This document shows, in pieces, positions 49,498 through 59,509 of a DNA stretch of 64,000 nt. The number at the start of each line of letters is the position of its first letter. Position 1 is the stretch's first letter. The translations under genes and the position numbers were made by a program. The notes under the pieces are model-generated. The model ran no database searches. It was given only the letters and a program-made list of their open reading frames with translations, and was not told the DNA's origin. The DNA comes from a virus: IMG/VR virus record IMGVR_UViG_3300032323_000894, positions 1 through 64,000 of that record, one strand, 5' to 3'.

Positions 49498-50496
49498 GTG
49501 GGGCACTCAGACGAGCTACTACTGCTGTCGCTTTCTGCAAACGAAGCCCGCACGCTACTCGCACTCCGCCACCTTTCCGACCGTGACGGAAAAATTGTTG
49601 CCACGATGGAAGAGCTAGGCATACTTACCAAGTACAGCCGTGAAACTCTCCGTGTTGCCGTACGTAGTCTAGAAGACCGCGGCCTAATCACAACCAGACG
49701 TACCAAGAGAAACCTAGGTAAGTTGTACAAAAATGAGTACCAACTTATCCAAGAAAATCTGGCATCAGAAGACAAAAAGCAGGAAAATCTGGCATCACCT
49801 GCAGAGGTATTTGCACAGAAATTTCTGGCATCAACAGCTGGTACTGACGATATAGGAGTACCTAGTACCAATAGTAAGTCAATAGTATTAAATACTACGT
49901 ATTTAATACCGAGCGAGGCTCGAGAGGAAGAATTCAAGGAGGTCAAATTGGTGAACAAATGGCAGGACGACGATGACCACATTGGCGGTTTCGGTTTACT
50001 TGATGGCGAGGTGCGGGCTTCACTGAAGCCAGTGCCAGTATCCAAGCGCAACCCCAAGACCAGATGGCAGAGACCACAGGATGACTGGACTCCAGCGGAT
50101 GTCGCCACAGAGTTTTCCTATCGGATGTACCAGAAGATTAACAACGCCCCTGCGATGATTAACACCGCAGAGCTACGTGGTGCTTTAGCTGCTTACCGCA
50201 AGCGTTACAACACCAACGCCACTATCGAGATGTCCGTCATGGAGAAGTTCTTTGGTGATGCTAGAATTTGGACTGACGCAAAAAAGGCCCCGCACTTCGC
50301 TCACAAAATATTTCTTCGGTTGATGACTACGGAAACCGCTAATGTTATGGATGAGCTGGGTATGAACGAGCCAGTGTCAACAGAGCCAGCACGAAGCAAC
50401 TACGTTTATGCTTCCGATGGGTCCAGATTTGACAACTCAATTCCAGGCCGTGTAGATTTACAGCGGTACGAGGAAAAACTACGGAGGGTAAAATGA
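49498..50496 (+). CDS. Winged-helix replication initiator-like protein
   Basis: HTH TMEELG..TKYSRETLR.A..SLE..GLI; internal DNA repeats; directly upstream of a DnaC-like loader. Confidence 0.7.
   Translation: MGHSDELLLLSLSANEARTLLALRHLSDRDGKIVATMEELGILTKYSRETLRVAVRSLEDRGLITTRRTKRNLGKLYKNEYQLIQENLASEDKKQENLASPAEVFAQKFLASTAGTDDIGVPSTNSKSIVLNTTYLIPSEAREEEFKEVKLVNKWQDDDDHIGGFGLLDGEVRASLKPVPVSKRNPKTRWQRPQDDWTPADVATEFSYRMYQKINNAPAMINTAELRGALAAYRKRYNTNATIEMSVMEKFFGDARIWTDAKKAPHFAHKIFLRLMTTETANVMDELGMNEPVSTEPARSNYVYASDGSRFDNSIPGRVDLQRYEEKLRRVK
49753..49909 (+). promoter_or_regulatory. Putative replication origin: three iterons plus AT-rich inverted repeat
   Basis: GAAAATCTGGCATCA at 49753 and 49783, GAAATTTCTGGCATCA at 49818; GTATTAAATAC-TAC-GTATTTAATAC at 49885-49909. 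Confidence 0.6.
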
Positions 50497-51218
50497 GTTA
50501 CGAACTTTCACAGCTAGACCCAATGAAGATGCATTGGCTACTTAGGACCTCAAATATTCCACGTCGTTTTATCGGAATGGATAGAGCAGACCTAGAGGCG
50601 CACGCTGGCTCCTTCCCAAAAATTATAGACAGCTGGCTAGAGCTTGTTATGGAAAAGCAAATCATTAAGCAAATTGGTGGGCTGGGAACTACGGGTACTG
50701 GGCTACTATTTGACGGTGCCCCAGGACTAGGAAAGACAACACATGCTGTTGTTGCTGCCACAGAGCTTTTAAGGTCACTACCAGACGAAGCTAAAGAGGC
50801 AAGAGAAATTTTAGGCTTTCGCGAACAGGACTACGGTATGCACTGCCGTCCTGTCTATTACATGACCTACCCCGAGTTTTTAGCCCGTAAAAAGGCAATG
50901 TTTGATGCTGACCCAGAGACCAAGAAAGAGATGTTTTTGGAGATGGAAGGCTTCCATGGAAGAGCCAAAGAAGACCACATGAACGTCCGTGTACTGGTCC
51001 TAGACGACCTTGGAAAGGAATATAAGGGGTCTGGGTTCAATGACGCCTCATTTGACGAAATCCTGCGTTCCAGATACGATAGAGCCCTACCAACAATTAT
51101 TACTACAAACGTAATGCGTGATGATTGGGCTACGCAGTATGGTAAAGCTATGGGTAGTTTCGCCTTCGAAGCATTCAGAAGAGTTGAGATAATAGGAGAG
51201 GACAGGCGTAAAAAATGA
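50493..51218 (+). CDS. DnaC/IstB-like AAA+ helicase loader
   Basis: GAPGLGKT, LVLDDLGKE, RY...LPTIITTN. Confidence 0.88.
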   Translation: MSYELSQLDPMKMHWLLRTSNIPRRFIGMDRADLEAHAGSFPKIIDSWLELVMEKQIIKQIGGLGTTGTGLLFDGAPGLGKTTHAVVAATELLRSLPDEAKEAREILGFREQDYGMHCRPVYYMTYPEFLARKKAMFDADPETKKEMFLEMEGFHGRAKEDHMNVRVLVLDDLGKEYKGSGFNDASFDEILRSRYDRALPTIITTNVMRDDWATQYGKAMGSFAFEAFRRVEIIGEDRRKK

Positions 51219-51523
51219 GAGGTTTAGACATGGAAATTGACTGGAGAACAGTCCAGCTATTTTTAGATGACTCTGGTGTTTCTGAAGTAGAGATTGACGC
51301 CGAAGATTCTTCCAAAGTTAGATGCGACTGTAGGGCATTCTCTAAGTCATCACGCTGTAAGCACACGCGCTATGTTCGCGCAGAGATGCTTCGTAACGAA
51401 GGAAATTACGCCATAAAAGTTCCTATGGATATTTCTGACGAAGAGGCTTTAGATGCCATGTCTTCTTCCGCAACTTTTAGAGAGTTTATTCTTAAGTACG
51501 GTAAGGTAGAGGTAATTGATTAA
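51215..51523 (+). CDS. SWIM zinc-finger protein
   Basis: CDC..F.....CKH. Confidence 0.72.
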   Translation: MRGLDMEIDWRTVQLFLDDSGVSEVEIDAEDSSKVRCDCRAFSKSSRCKHTRYVRAEMLRNEGNYAIKVPMDISDEEALDAMSSSATFREFILKYGKVEVID

Positions 51524-51932
51524 TGGCGATATCTCCAATGAGACGTCCCCAAGAATTATCGTAGTAATAGACGTAGTCGCTAACTCAGAAATTTTTGAAG
51601 AGAAAAAGATTCTCAGGACAATAGTTGAGAGAAAAGTTGTATCGCTAAACAATGTTGCGCTGTCAGAGCTTTGGACCGTGTCAAATAAGTACGGACTATC
51701 AGTAGAACTTGCTGGGTTTGCAGATGAGCTGTGGACACAGGGACACCTAGACAGCTTTATGGAAAGACTCGAAAGACGCGGTGGAAACCCATTTAATTAC
51801 GCAGAACTATACAGCGATATAAATGAGTTCATTAGCGAGTTGCCTTACAGGACTAACCTAAAAGGCGTGGTAGATTTACGGGAGCGAATTGCAAGGTACG
51901 GTTCCTGGGGTATAGAATTAAATAATCTGTAA
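51516..51932 (+). CDS. Hypothetical protein
   Basis: 138 aa, overlaps the upstream gene. Confidence 0.6.
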   Translation: MINGDISNETSPRIIVVIDVVANSEIFEEKKILRTIVERKVVSLNNVALSELWTVSNKYGLSVELAGFADELWTQGHLDSFMERLERRGGNPFNYAELYSDINEFISELPYRTNLKGVVDLRERIARYGSWGIELNNL

Positions 51933-51955
51933 TAGTAACGAGGGTAGAGGGTAGA

Positions 51956-53227
51956 ATGGCGTATGACAATGAGCATCGGCTCGTCAGCAAAGTCGTAAAA
52001 GACAGAAACATAATTCCTGTTCTTGAGCAGGGAATCAAAGACGACTGGTTTGTAGATGATGACCTTAGGCGTGTCTGGAAGTTTGTACGGGACCACTATG
52101 TCAACTACAGGGAAGTCCCAACTGCCGTAACCGTTGTAGACAACTTCCCTAACTTTAAAGTCCTAGATGTCGAAGACACTATTGACTACCTAATTGACAC
52201 CATAGTTGCGTTTAGACGTAGGACCATTACTCGAAACGGTATTGAGATTGTCGTCAATAAGATTGACATGAACGACCATGAGGCAGCTCTTATTGAGATG
52301 TCTAAGACAGTTTCGCTAGTCAATGAGCAAGGGGTTATAGGAACAACCCACATAGACCTTTCTGAGAACCCAGATAAGTTCTGGGAAGACTATGAGAACG
52401 TACAGGGCAACAAGTTACTAGGAGTTCCTACAGGCTTCAAAAAGATTGACGAAGCTACTGCTGGTCTTCAAGGCGGTCAGTTGATTACAGTTATTGCTCC
52501 ACCAAAGACTGGTAAGTCACAGATTATTCTTCGTATGGCCGCCAATGTTCACGAAGCTGGAATGGTCCCTATGTTTCAGTCTTTTGAGATGACAAACCAT
52601 GAGCAGGCTCAGAGGTACTTGTCTATGACTGCTCACATCAGTAACTCAAATCTTAGAAGAGGTAAACTCGACGTAGCTGAGGAAGACAAGCTGATTGGTC
52701 AAATAGAAAAGCTAAAACAATCTAAACCGTTTCACTTGGTAGACGCTGTGAACGGTCTGACTATTGACTCTTTACTAGCAAAAGCTGAGCAACTAAACCC
52801 AGACATACTTTTTGTAGACGGCGTATACCTGATGATGGACCAAGTTACTGGAGAAGCTAACACACCTCAGGCCCTGACCAACATAACTAGGGGCCTAAAA
52901 AGATTGGCCCAGAAACTAAACATACCAATCGTAATTTCTACCCAGACACTTCTTTGGAAGATGCGGGGCGGAAAAGTCTCTGCAGATTCAATTGGTTACT
53001 CATCCTCATTCTTCCAAGACTCGGATGTTATTTTAGGTTTAGAACCAGTTGAGGATAGTGACTACACTAGAAACTTACGTGTAGTTCAGTCTAGAAACTC
53101 CGCACCAGAAGCAACTCTAATTACTTGGATATGGGATACGGGTTGTTTCCATGACGTCCCAGATAAAAATAACCCTAGCGCCTCGTGCAAGTTCTGTGCA
53201 GTTTGGGGTACGAAACACTTATTATGA
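51956..53227 (+). CDS. dnaB: DnaB-like replicative helicase
   Basis: GVPTGF..ID..T.GLQ.GQL, APPKTGKS, SFEM, FVDGVYLM, LKRLAQ.L.IP, QDSD.ILGL. Confidence 0.9.
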   Translation: MAYDNEHRLVSKVVKDRNIIPVLEQGIKDDWFVDDDLRRVWKFVRDHYVNYREVPTAVTVVDNFPNFKVLDVEDTIDYLIDTIVAFRRRTITRNGIEIVVNKIDMNDHEAALIEMSKTVSLVNEQGVIGTTHIDLSENPDKFWEDYENVQGNKLLGVPTGFKKIDEATAGLQGGQLITVIAPPKTGKSQIILRMAANVHEAGMVPMFQSFEMTNHEQAQRYLSMTAHISNSNLRRGKLDVAEEDKLIGQIEKLKQSKPFHLVDAVNGLTIDSLLAKAEQLNPDILFVDGVYLMMDQVTGEANTPQALTNITRGLKRLAQKLNIPIVISTQTLLWKMRGGKVSADSIGYSSSFFQDSDVILGLEPVEDSDYTRNLRVVQSRNSAPEATLITWIWDTGCFHDVPDKNNPSASCKFCAVWGTKHLL

Positions 53228-54204
53228 TGAATATTGACATTGAAAAGGTTTTGTTAAACCTAGGAATTGATTACGACAACAAAGGTCACGAAGCAAACGG
53301 CCTTTGTCCTATGCACAAGACTAGGACTGGAAAAGAAGACCATTCCCCATCTTGGTGGATAAACATGGAAAGCGGACAACACATCTGCTTTTCGTGCCAC
53401 TATAAGGGCAACCTTCTTCAGCTAATTTGTGATGTTAATGAGTTTTACAAAAAGGGTCTTGACGGTAATTACGTCTACGACTACAGCGCAGCAGAGCTGT
53501 GGCTATCACAAATCTCTGCGGTGTCTGTAGAGGCTCTCAAAAGCATTATTGACAATCTACCAAACTATCTAGGTCCTGCCCCCAAGCCAGTAGCAATGTC
53601 TGAAGCTAGGCTAGCCATCTTTGATGAGCCCCCAGCCACTGCTTTAGCCTCTAGGGACATCTCTGCAGAGTCAGCTCAGAAATACGGGGTCATGTGGGAC
53701 ACAAAGACCAGTACTTGGATTCTGCCATTAAGAGACCCAGACGACAACAAGCTCCTTGGTTGGCAGGAAAAAGGCACTATAAATAGGACTTTTTTCAACA
53801 GGCCTACAGGGCTTACCAAGTCTAAGACCTTATTTGGGCTCCAGAATCAATCGGAGGACCTTGTGGTAGTGGTGGAGTCTCCTTTGGACTGTTTGAGGCT
53901 GTACAGCGCTGGTGTGACCTCTGCGGTGGCAATTTGCGGGTCTTCTCCATCGGAAACTCAAATCAAGCTACTTAGGGCCTCTGACAGGATTATCTGCGCT
54001 TTTGACAATCCCAAGCTAGATAGCGCTGGCAAAAAGGCATCAGAAGAGATGAGGGAGTTTGCTAGGCAGTACGGCTTGAACCTGTCATTTTTCAACTATG
54101 GAGACAGCGGTAAAAAAGACCCTGGAGACATGACTGATGAAGAAATCCAGTGGGGTATTGCTAATAGCAAGTCCGCAGTCCTAGGTGAAAAGGCGTATGT
54201 TTAA
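53224..54204 (+). CDS. dnaG: DNA primase (CHC2 zinc finger plus TOPRIM)
   Basis: CPMH...D..PSW...CFSC; VVESPLD, FDN..D.AG, KDPGD. Confidence 0.88.
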   Translation: MMNIDIEKVLLNLGIDYDNKGHEANGLCPMHKTRTGKEDHSPSWWINMESGQHICFSCHYKGNLLQLICDVNEFYKKGLDGNYVYDYSAAELWLSQISAVSVEALKSIIDNLPNYLGPAPKPVAMSEARLAIFDEPPATALASRDISAESAQKYGVMWDTKTSTWILPLRDPDDNKLLGWQEKGTINRTFFNRPTGLTKSKTLFGLQNQSEDLVVVVESPLDCLRLYSAGVTSAVAICGSSPSETQIKLLRASDRIICAFDNPKLDSAGKKASEEMREFARQYGLNLSFFNYGDSGKKDPGDMTDEEIQWGIANSKSAVLGEKAYV

Positions 54205-55765
54205 CGGAACTTTAAAGCCGTATCAAACCGAAGCTGTCGAAAAGATGGTGGAGGTAAAGCACATTCTTGTGGCGTACGAGATGGGCTTGGGAAAGACTCC
54301 CATGACAATTGCTGCAATTGAGCAGCTCAAAGATTCTGGTGAGGCAGAGGGCACTACCCTCGTTCTCTGTCTCGCCAGTCTAAAATACCAGTGGCAAAAA
54401 GAGATTACAAAGTTCAGCGATTCCACAGCAATAGTTATTGACGGCACACCAAAACAACGGCAATCCCAATACGACGAAGCTAGTACGCACGACTACGTAA
54501 TCATGAATTATGAGCAGGTAGTCAATGATTGGGAAATTATTAAAACTTTTAAATTTGGCGCTGTGGTTTGCGATGAGGCAACCGCCATCAAAGGATTTAG
54601 GGCCAAAAGGGCCAAAAAAGTAAAAGAGTTAGCAAAGAAGATTCCAATTAGGTTTGCCTTAACAGGAACTCCCATTGAGAATGGCAAGCCTGAAGAAATC
54701 TTCTCTATCATGCAGTTTGTAGACCCAAGTGTTTTGGGAAGATTTGACCTCTTTGATAAAACGTTTATTGTACGAAACTACTATGGCGGGGTCCAGCGCT
54801 ACAGAAACCTCCCAGTTCTCCACAAGATTTTGATGGAGTTCTCAGTACGCAAGGGCCAAAACGATGAAGATGTAAAGCCATACCTTCCAGACGCAATTTA
54901 CCGTGAGCCAATCTTGGTTAAGTTAGACAAGGCCAGCCAAGGGCTGTACGACATGATTGCAAAAGATTTGTACTCAATTCTAACTGACGCTAAAGAAATG
55001 TTTGGAAGTAGCTTTAACATTGCAGCCCATTATGGGCAGACCTACGACGCAAGCGACCCAGCTAACGAGCTTCGCGGTGCAGTTATGTCCCGTATTGGTG
55101 CTATGAGGATGCTGTGTTCTAGCCCCCATGTTTTAGTCAGTAGCTATAAAAACTTTGATGCTCATACAGGCAAGGGCAGTGCTTACATTCACTCCTTAGG
55201 TTCCTACTTAGAAACCCTTTCAAAGACACCCAAACTAGATGTTGCAACCCAGTACCTTAGCGAGCATCTGGACATCTCACAGGACTACAAGGTAGTCGTG
55301 TTTGCCTCCTACCTTGACTCAGTGTCAGAGATTGCTGCTAGACTAAACGCCAAAGGTTATGAAGCAGTTGAGTACACGGGAGAGATGAATGCCAAGCAAA
55401 AAGAAGAAGCCAAAGTTAAGTTTCAACTGGAAGCTGGCTGCCGTGTCTTGGTCTCTAGCGATGCTGGGGGTTATGGTGTTGATTTACCTCAAGCAAACCT
55501 CTTAGTTAACTACGACCAACCTTGGAGCGCTGGCCTTGCAGTACAAAGAAACGGAAGAATTAACAGAGCGTCGAGCACTTGGGGTACAATAACAATTCAA
55601 GATATACTTGTAAAGGATTCCATCGAACAACGCCAGTACGACATGCTAAAACAAAAAGGCAATGTTGCAGGGGCAATCTTAGATGGAGTTAATATAAACG
55701 ATAAGGGCGGAGTTGACTTGACCGTCGGAAGTCTGTTAGACTTCTTAACCAATAAGTTAATTTAG
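54197..55765 (+). CDS. SNF2-family helicase
   Basis: LKPYQ, EMGLGKT, CDEA, LTGTPIEN, GGYGVDL, QRNGRINR. Confidence 0.9.
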   Translation: MFNGTLKPYQTEAVEKMVEVKHILVAYEMGLGKTPMTIAAIEQLKDSGEAEGTTLVLCLASLKYQWQKEITKFSDSTAIVIDGTPKQRQSQYDEASTHDYVIMNYEQVVNDWEIIKTFKFGAVVCDEATAIKGFRAKRAKKVKELAKKIPIRFALTGTPIENGKPEEIFSIMQFVDPSVLGRFDLFDKTFIVRNYYGGVQRYRNLPVLHKILMEFSVRKGQNDEDVKPYLPDAIYREPILVKLDKASQGLYDMIAKDLYSILTDAKEMFGSSFNIAAHYGQTYDASDPANELRGAVMSRIGAMRMLCSSPHVLVSSYKNFDAHTGKGSAYIHSLGSYLETLSKTPKLDVATQYLSEHLDISQDYKVVVFASYLDSVSEIAARLNAKGYEAVEYTGEMNAKQKEEAKVKFQLEAGCRVLVSSDAGGYGVDLPQANLLVNYDQPWSAGLAVQRNGRINRASSTWGTITIQDILVKDSIEQRQYDMLKQKGNVAGAILDGVNINDKGGVDLTVGSLLDFLTNKLI

Positions 55766-55778
55766 GAGAGGAAACCTG

Positions 55779-56219
55779 ATGGCTAAAAGAATTGATGAAG
55801 AAGCTCTACGCATCTCGGACCCAGACGACTTGGGTTCGCAAATTAGAGAATTTGTATTACTAAAGGCATCCCTTGAAGTAATGGAGGCTCGTTCAAAAGA
55901 GCTTAGAGACAAACTAATGGCCCAGCTTGATACCGAAGGGTATGAAGATGAGAAGGGAAACATTCAGTTTGACCTGCCAGAATCCGTCGAAGGAATCGTC
56001 AGGCTAGAGAAGCAGCGTCGAGTAACCAGAAAGCTTAACGAACCAAAGGCAGAAGAAATTCTGGAAGCCAACGGTTTAGAAGAAGTGTTCGAGCTTAAGA
56101 GGGTTGTAAACGAAGACGCTCTCATGGCTGCTTTCTACGAAAATAAAATTACCGAGGATGAGCTCGACCAGATGTTTCCAGCATCAACTATCTGGGCTCT
56201 AAGAACCCTAAAGAAGTAA
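55779..56219 (+). CDS. Hypothetical coiled-coil protein
   Basis: AGGAGAGG SD; acidic and helical. Confidence 0.65.
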   Translation: MAKRIDEEALRISDPDDLGSQIREFVLLKASLEVMEARSKELRDKLMAQLDTEGYEDEKGNIQFDLPESVEGIVRLEKQRRVTRKLNEPKAEEILEANGLEEVFELKRVVNEDALMAAFYENKITEDELDQMFPASTIWALRTLKK

Positions 56220-56225
56220 TTAACT

Positions 56226-56696
56226 ATGCCAGGGATGAGAAGTGAAGAGGAGATTCTCAAAGCCTTTGAGGGTCTTGACCGCGTACCTGGCTCTAAACAT
56301 AAACGACGTGAGTCAACAGAAGTTGCAGACAAACGTCGCTCAAAAGTCTTAGGCGAGTCTAATGGTTGGGATGCAAACCCCATCATAAAGACCGTCAAAG
56401 GAGTGGAGACCGAGCTGTTTACAGTCAGTGCATTTGCATCCGCACTGGAGAAAAGTTTGGTCACCATTCGTTTGTGGGAGAAGAGGGGATACATTCCTGG
56501 AGCTCCTTACCGTTTACGCTCAAAGAGTTTGAACGGCAAGAAAGTAAATGGTAATCGTGTTTACACGCGAGAGCTCATTGAAATTGCTGTAGAAGAATTC
56601 CAAAAGCGTAAGCTGTTAGGCACTGCTCGTGTAGAGTGGCGTCACCACGCTGATTTGACCCAAGCATTAGTGCGACGGTGGAAAGAAGCAACTTAA
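56226..56696 (+). CDS. MerR-like HTH DNA-binding protein
   Basis: FTVSAFA.AL.KS.VTIR.WE..G.IP....R...NRVYT. Confidence 0.72.
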   Translation: MPGMRSEEEILKAFEGLDRVPGSKHKRRESTEVADKRRSKVLGESNGWDANPIIKTVKGVETELFTVSAFASALEKSLVTIRLWEKRGYIPGAPYRLRSKSLNGKKVNGNRVYTRELIEIAVEEFQKRKLLGTARVEWRHHADLTQALVRRWKEAT

Positions 56697-56768
56697 ATCA
56701 GGGAAACTTGATTTCTAACATATGGCACAGAGACTAAGGGTCGAAAGGCCTCGAACAGAAAGAAGAAT

Positions 56769-57425
56769 ATGGTAACACAGCCAACACTAGATGCCTCTAA
56801 CTACCTCGAAGAGGATAGCGAAGATGCGCAACCAAAGCACGGAACTACCGTCCAAGCAGGATGGGGAGCTGCAGCTAAGCTACTCAAGCCAAAGGAGAAG
56901 TCTAGCGGCTACGCTACAGAGGTTAAGTTCTCTGAGAAGCCTGTACTAGTTCGTTTCCTAGAGGACGGACCATTCCATGCGTACGAACAGCACTGGATTG
57001 ACCGTACTGAAGGTAAGCGTTCCTTTGTTCACTTGGGAGACGACGACCCGCTACTAGTAATTGCGGGCTCACAACCTAGAGCAAAGTTTGCCTTTAACGT
57101 ATTGGTTCTATCGGAAGAAGAGCCAAACGTGCAGATTCTAACTGCCCCAATTACCCTTGCCAGAATTTTGTTTGCGGCTCACGAAGACCCTAAGCGTGGA
57201 CCACTAACTAAGTTTGACTGGTCAATTACTAGACTAGGAAAGGGCAAAGAAACTCAGTACATTGTTGACCGAGTTCGTCGCGACACTGACCTAGTTGAGG
57301 ATTGGGAGCTTGACCCAGAAAAGATTGCAGAAATTGCAGCAACCGCTGTTAAGTATGACAAGTCAGCAATCTACGTGAGTACTCGCGAGGAGCACCTAGA
57401 GGTAGCTCGTTCACTCGTAAAGTAA
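56769..57425 (+). CDS. Putative single-stranded DNA-binding protein (gp32-like)
   Basis: VRFL, Y.QHW, FAFNV and ITR.GKG..T.Y; upstream of the polymerase. Confidence 0.65.
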   Translation: MVTQPTLDASNYLEEDSEDAQPKHGTTVQAGWGAAAKLLKPKEKSSGYATEVKFSEKPVLVRFLEDGPFHAYEQHWIDRTEGKRSFVHLGDDDPLLVIAGSQPRAKFAFNVLVLSEEEPNVQILTAPITLARILFAAHEDPKRGPLTKFDWSITRLGKGKETQYIVDRVRRDTDLVEDWELDPEKIAEIAATAVKYDKSAIYVSTREEHLEVARSLVK

Positions 57426-57437
57426 CTCTTTACACTT

Positions 57438-57490
57438 GAGGGGGCCAGGCGATTTCCCTCCTCTCTTCTCTCCTGGCCCCCTCTATTTTA
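57438..57490 (+). terminator. Terminator/attenuator hairpin with 22-nt pyrimidine loop before polA
   Basis: GAGGGGGCCAGG / CCTGGCCCCCTC stem followed by TATTTTA. Confidence 0.7.
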
Positions 57491-57505
57491 CTTTGAGAGG
57501 TAAGC

Positions 57506-59509
57506 ATGAACGTAATCACAACTAAAGAACAGCTACAAGAGTTCGTAGACTTTTATAAAAACGTACAAGAGTTTGCTTTTGACGTCGAAACTATTGGGGA
57601 AGATAGGCTGTACCCAGTGATTAACGATGTTTGCTGGATTTCATTTGCGACTGAAGGTCGCGTAGACGTTATACCTATGGGTCACCCTAATGGTGAGTTT
57701 GAGGGTTGGGATAAACCCCTCCTTACCCCTGGCCAGAAAAGGCTAGAAGAAGGAAAAAAGATACTTGAGTCCCACTACTCTAAGGATGAACGAAAATGGA
57801 CAGCTAAGTTTGGGGAGCCACCAGTGCAGTTAACTCCTCGTCAAGTATTCGATGCAGTAGAACCGTTGATGTTCGGGAACCAGCTAAAAATAGCTCACAA
57901 TGCAAAGTTTGACCTAAAGTCTGTTGCAAAGTACTACGGAGGCAGAGTTCCAACCAAGCCGTACTTCGACACATTGACTGCATCGTTTATCGTTAACAAC
58001 CTAAATAAGTTTGCGCTAGGTCTAAAGGACTGCGTAAAACGAGAATTAGGCGTAGAAATGGAAAAGGGAGTTGGAGAGAACGTAGCCCTCCACTCGTTTA
58101 CTGATGTCGCCACCTATTCAGGCATTGACTCTGAGTTGACTTGGAAGCTATACAAGGTGCTAGCCCCTAAGATTACTGGGAATCTTACAAAGGTTTGGAA
58201 GCTAGAAATGGATGTACTGGCTGCCCTATGCGACATGGAGCTCACTGGAGCGTACATTGACCAGAAACAGCTCAAAGTACTATCAGAAGAGATTGAAAAG
58301 GGTAAGCAAGAAGCAGAGGCAAAGTGCTACAAGATTGCGGGCAAAGCTTTTGCCATCAACTCTGTGCCAGTTAAGCAAAAGCTTTTGTACACTCCTCAAG
58401 ACGGGGATGTAAAAGCTCGAATTACGCCTAACCCAAAGTATCAAGGTGTGCTAACCCCTAAAGGGCAGAAAGCAGCCAAAGAAGGCAAGACCCTTGACTA
58501 CAGTCACTTCTCTGTCTCAGCCGATGCATTGGAGTATTACCGAGGTAAAGACGACCTAGTAGACGCAATCCTTACTTATCAGGACCTAAATAAGCTTATG
58601 ACAACCTACGTAACTCCTTACACAGGTGGAGAAGTTAAGCGAGTAACTAACGGTAAAGAAAAGATTACTCAACGTAAAAGTCTTTTAATTAACGGGAGAG
58701 TACACACTAACTTTAAGTCCCATGGTGCAGAGACTGGCAGGTTCTCTTCCAGCGAACCTAACCTACAGAACATCCCTTCATCAGGAGATTACGGCAAGCT
58801 AGTTCGTAATTTGTTCATTGCCCCACCAGGACACAAGTTAATTGTTGCGGATTATTCACAGATTGAACCTAGAATCATAGCTGCTTTCTCACGCGACCCT
58901 CTTCTAGTAGAGAACTACATGACTGGTGGAGATGTGTACACCACAATTGGTGACACTATGGGGGTAGACCGTAAGGCAGGAAAAGTCTTGGTTCTAGCCA
59001 TCTCCTATGGTGTAGGGCCAGACAAGATTGCTTCATCCATCGGCTGTTCTTTAGCAGATGCTAAAAAACTATTGACTGACTTTGAAAAGAAGTTCTCGTC
59101 TATTTCTAAGTACAAAAGCCACGTAATCAGAATGGCAAAAGATAAGTCGCCCCTACCTTATGTGGAGACCCTGTTTGGTCGCAGACGCTATATCCCTGAC
59201 CTTTTAAGTAAGGAAATAGGAAAATCTGCTAGAGCAGACCGCCAAGCATTTAACACCATGATTCAAGGTTCCGCTGCAGATGTGATGAAGTTGGCGTTAG
59301 TTAGGGCCCACTCTTGCTTTTTGACCGAACCTACTATTAATGTAGTACTTACAGTGCATGACGAACTAGTCACCATAGCGCCTGATGACCGTGCCGAAGA
59401 GGTTGCGGAAGCTATCAGAGAGTCTATGGAGGGCATTCGACTGAAGCAAATTGACATCCCACTACTTGCTGAGGTACACATAGTGGACAAGTGGGGAGAG
59501 GCAAAGTAA
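57506..59509 (+). CDS. polA: Family A DNA polymerase (3'-5' exonuclease plus polymerase)
   Basis: FDVET, HNAKFD, TGRFSSSEPNLQNIP, ADYSQIEPR, AFNT.IQGSAAD, VHDELV. Confidence 0.96.
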   Translation: MNVITTKEQLQEFVDFYKNVQEFAFDVETIGEDRLYPVINDVCWISFATEGRVDVIPMGHPNGEFEGWDKPLLTPGQKRLEEGKKILESHYSKDERKWTAKFGEPPVQLTPRQVFDAVEPLMFGNQLKIAHNAKFDLKSVAKYYGGRVPTKPYFDTLTASFIVNNLNKFALGLKDCVKRELGVEMEKGVGENVALHSFTDVATYSGIDSELTWKLYKVLAPKITGNLTKVWKLEMDVLAALCDMELTGAYIDQKQLKVLSEEIEKGKQEAEAKCYKIAGKAFAINSVPVKQKLLYTPQDGDVKARITPNPKYQGVLTPKGQKAAKEGKTLDYSHFSVSADALEYYRGKDDLVDAILTYQDLNKLMTTYVTPYTGGEVKRVTNGKEKITQRKSLLINGRVHTNFKSHGAETGRFSSSEPNLQNIPSSGDYGKLVRNLFIAPPGHKLIVADYSQIEPRIIAAFSRDPLLVENYMTGGDVYTTIGDTMGVDRKAGKVLVLAISYGVGPDKIASSIGCSLADAKKLLTDFEKKFSSISKYKSHVIRMAKDKSPLPYVETLFGRRRYIPDLLSKEIGKSARADRQAFNTMIQGSAADVMKLALVRAHSCFLTEPTINVVLTVHDELVTIAPDDRAEEVAEAIRESMEGIRLKQIDIPLLAEVHIVDKWGEAK

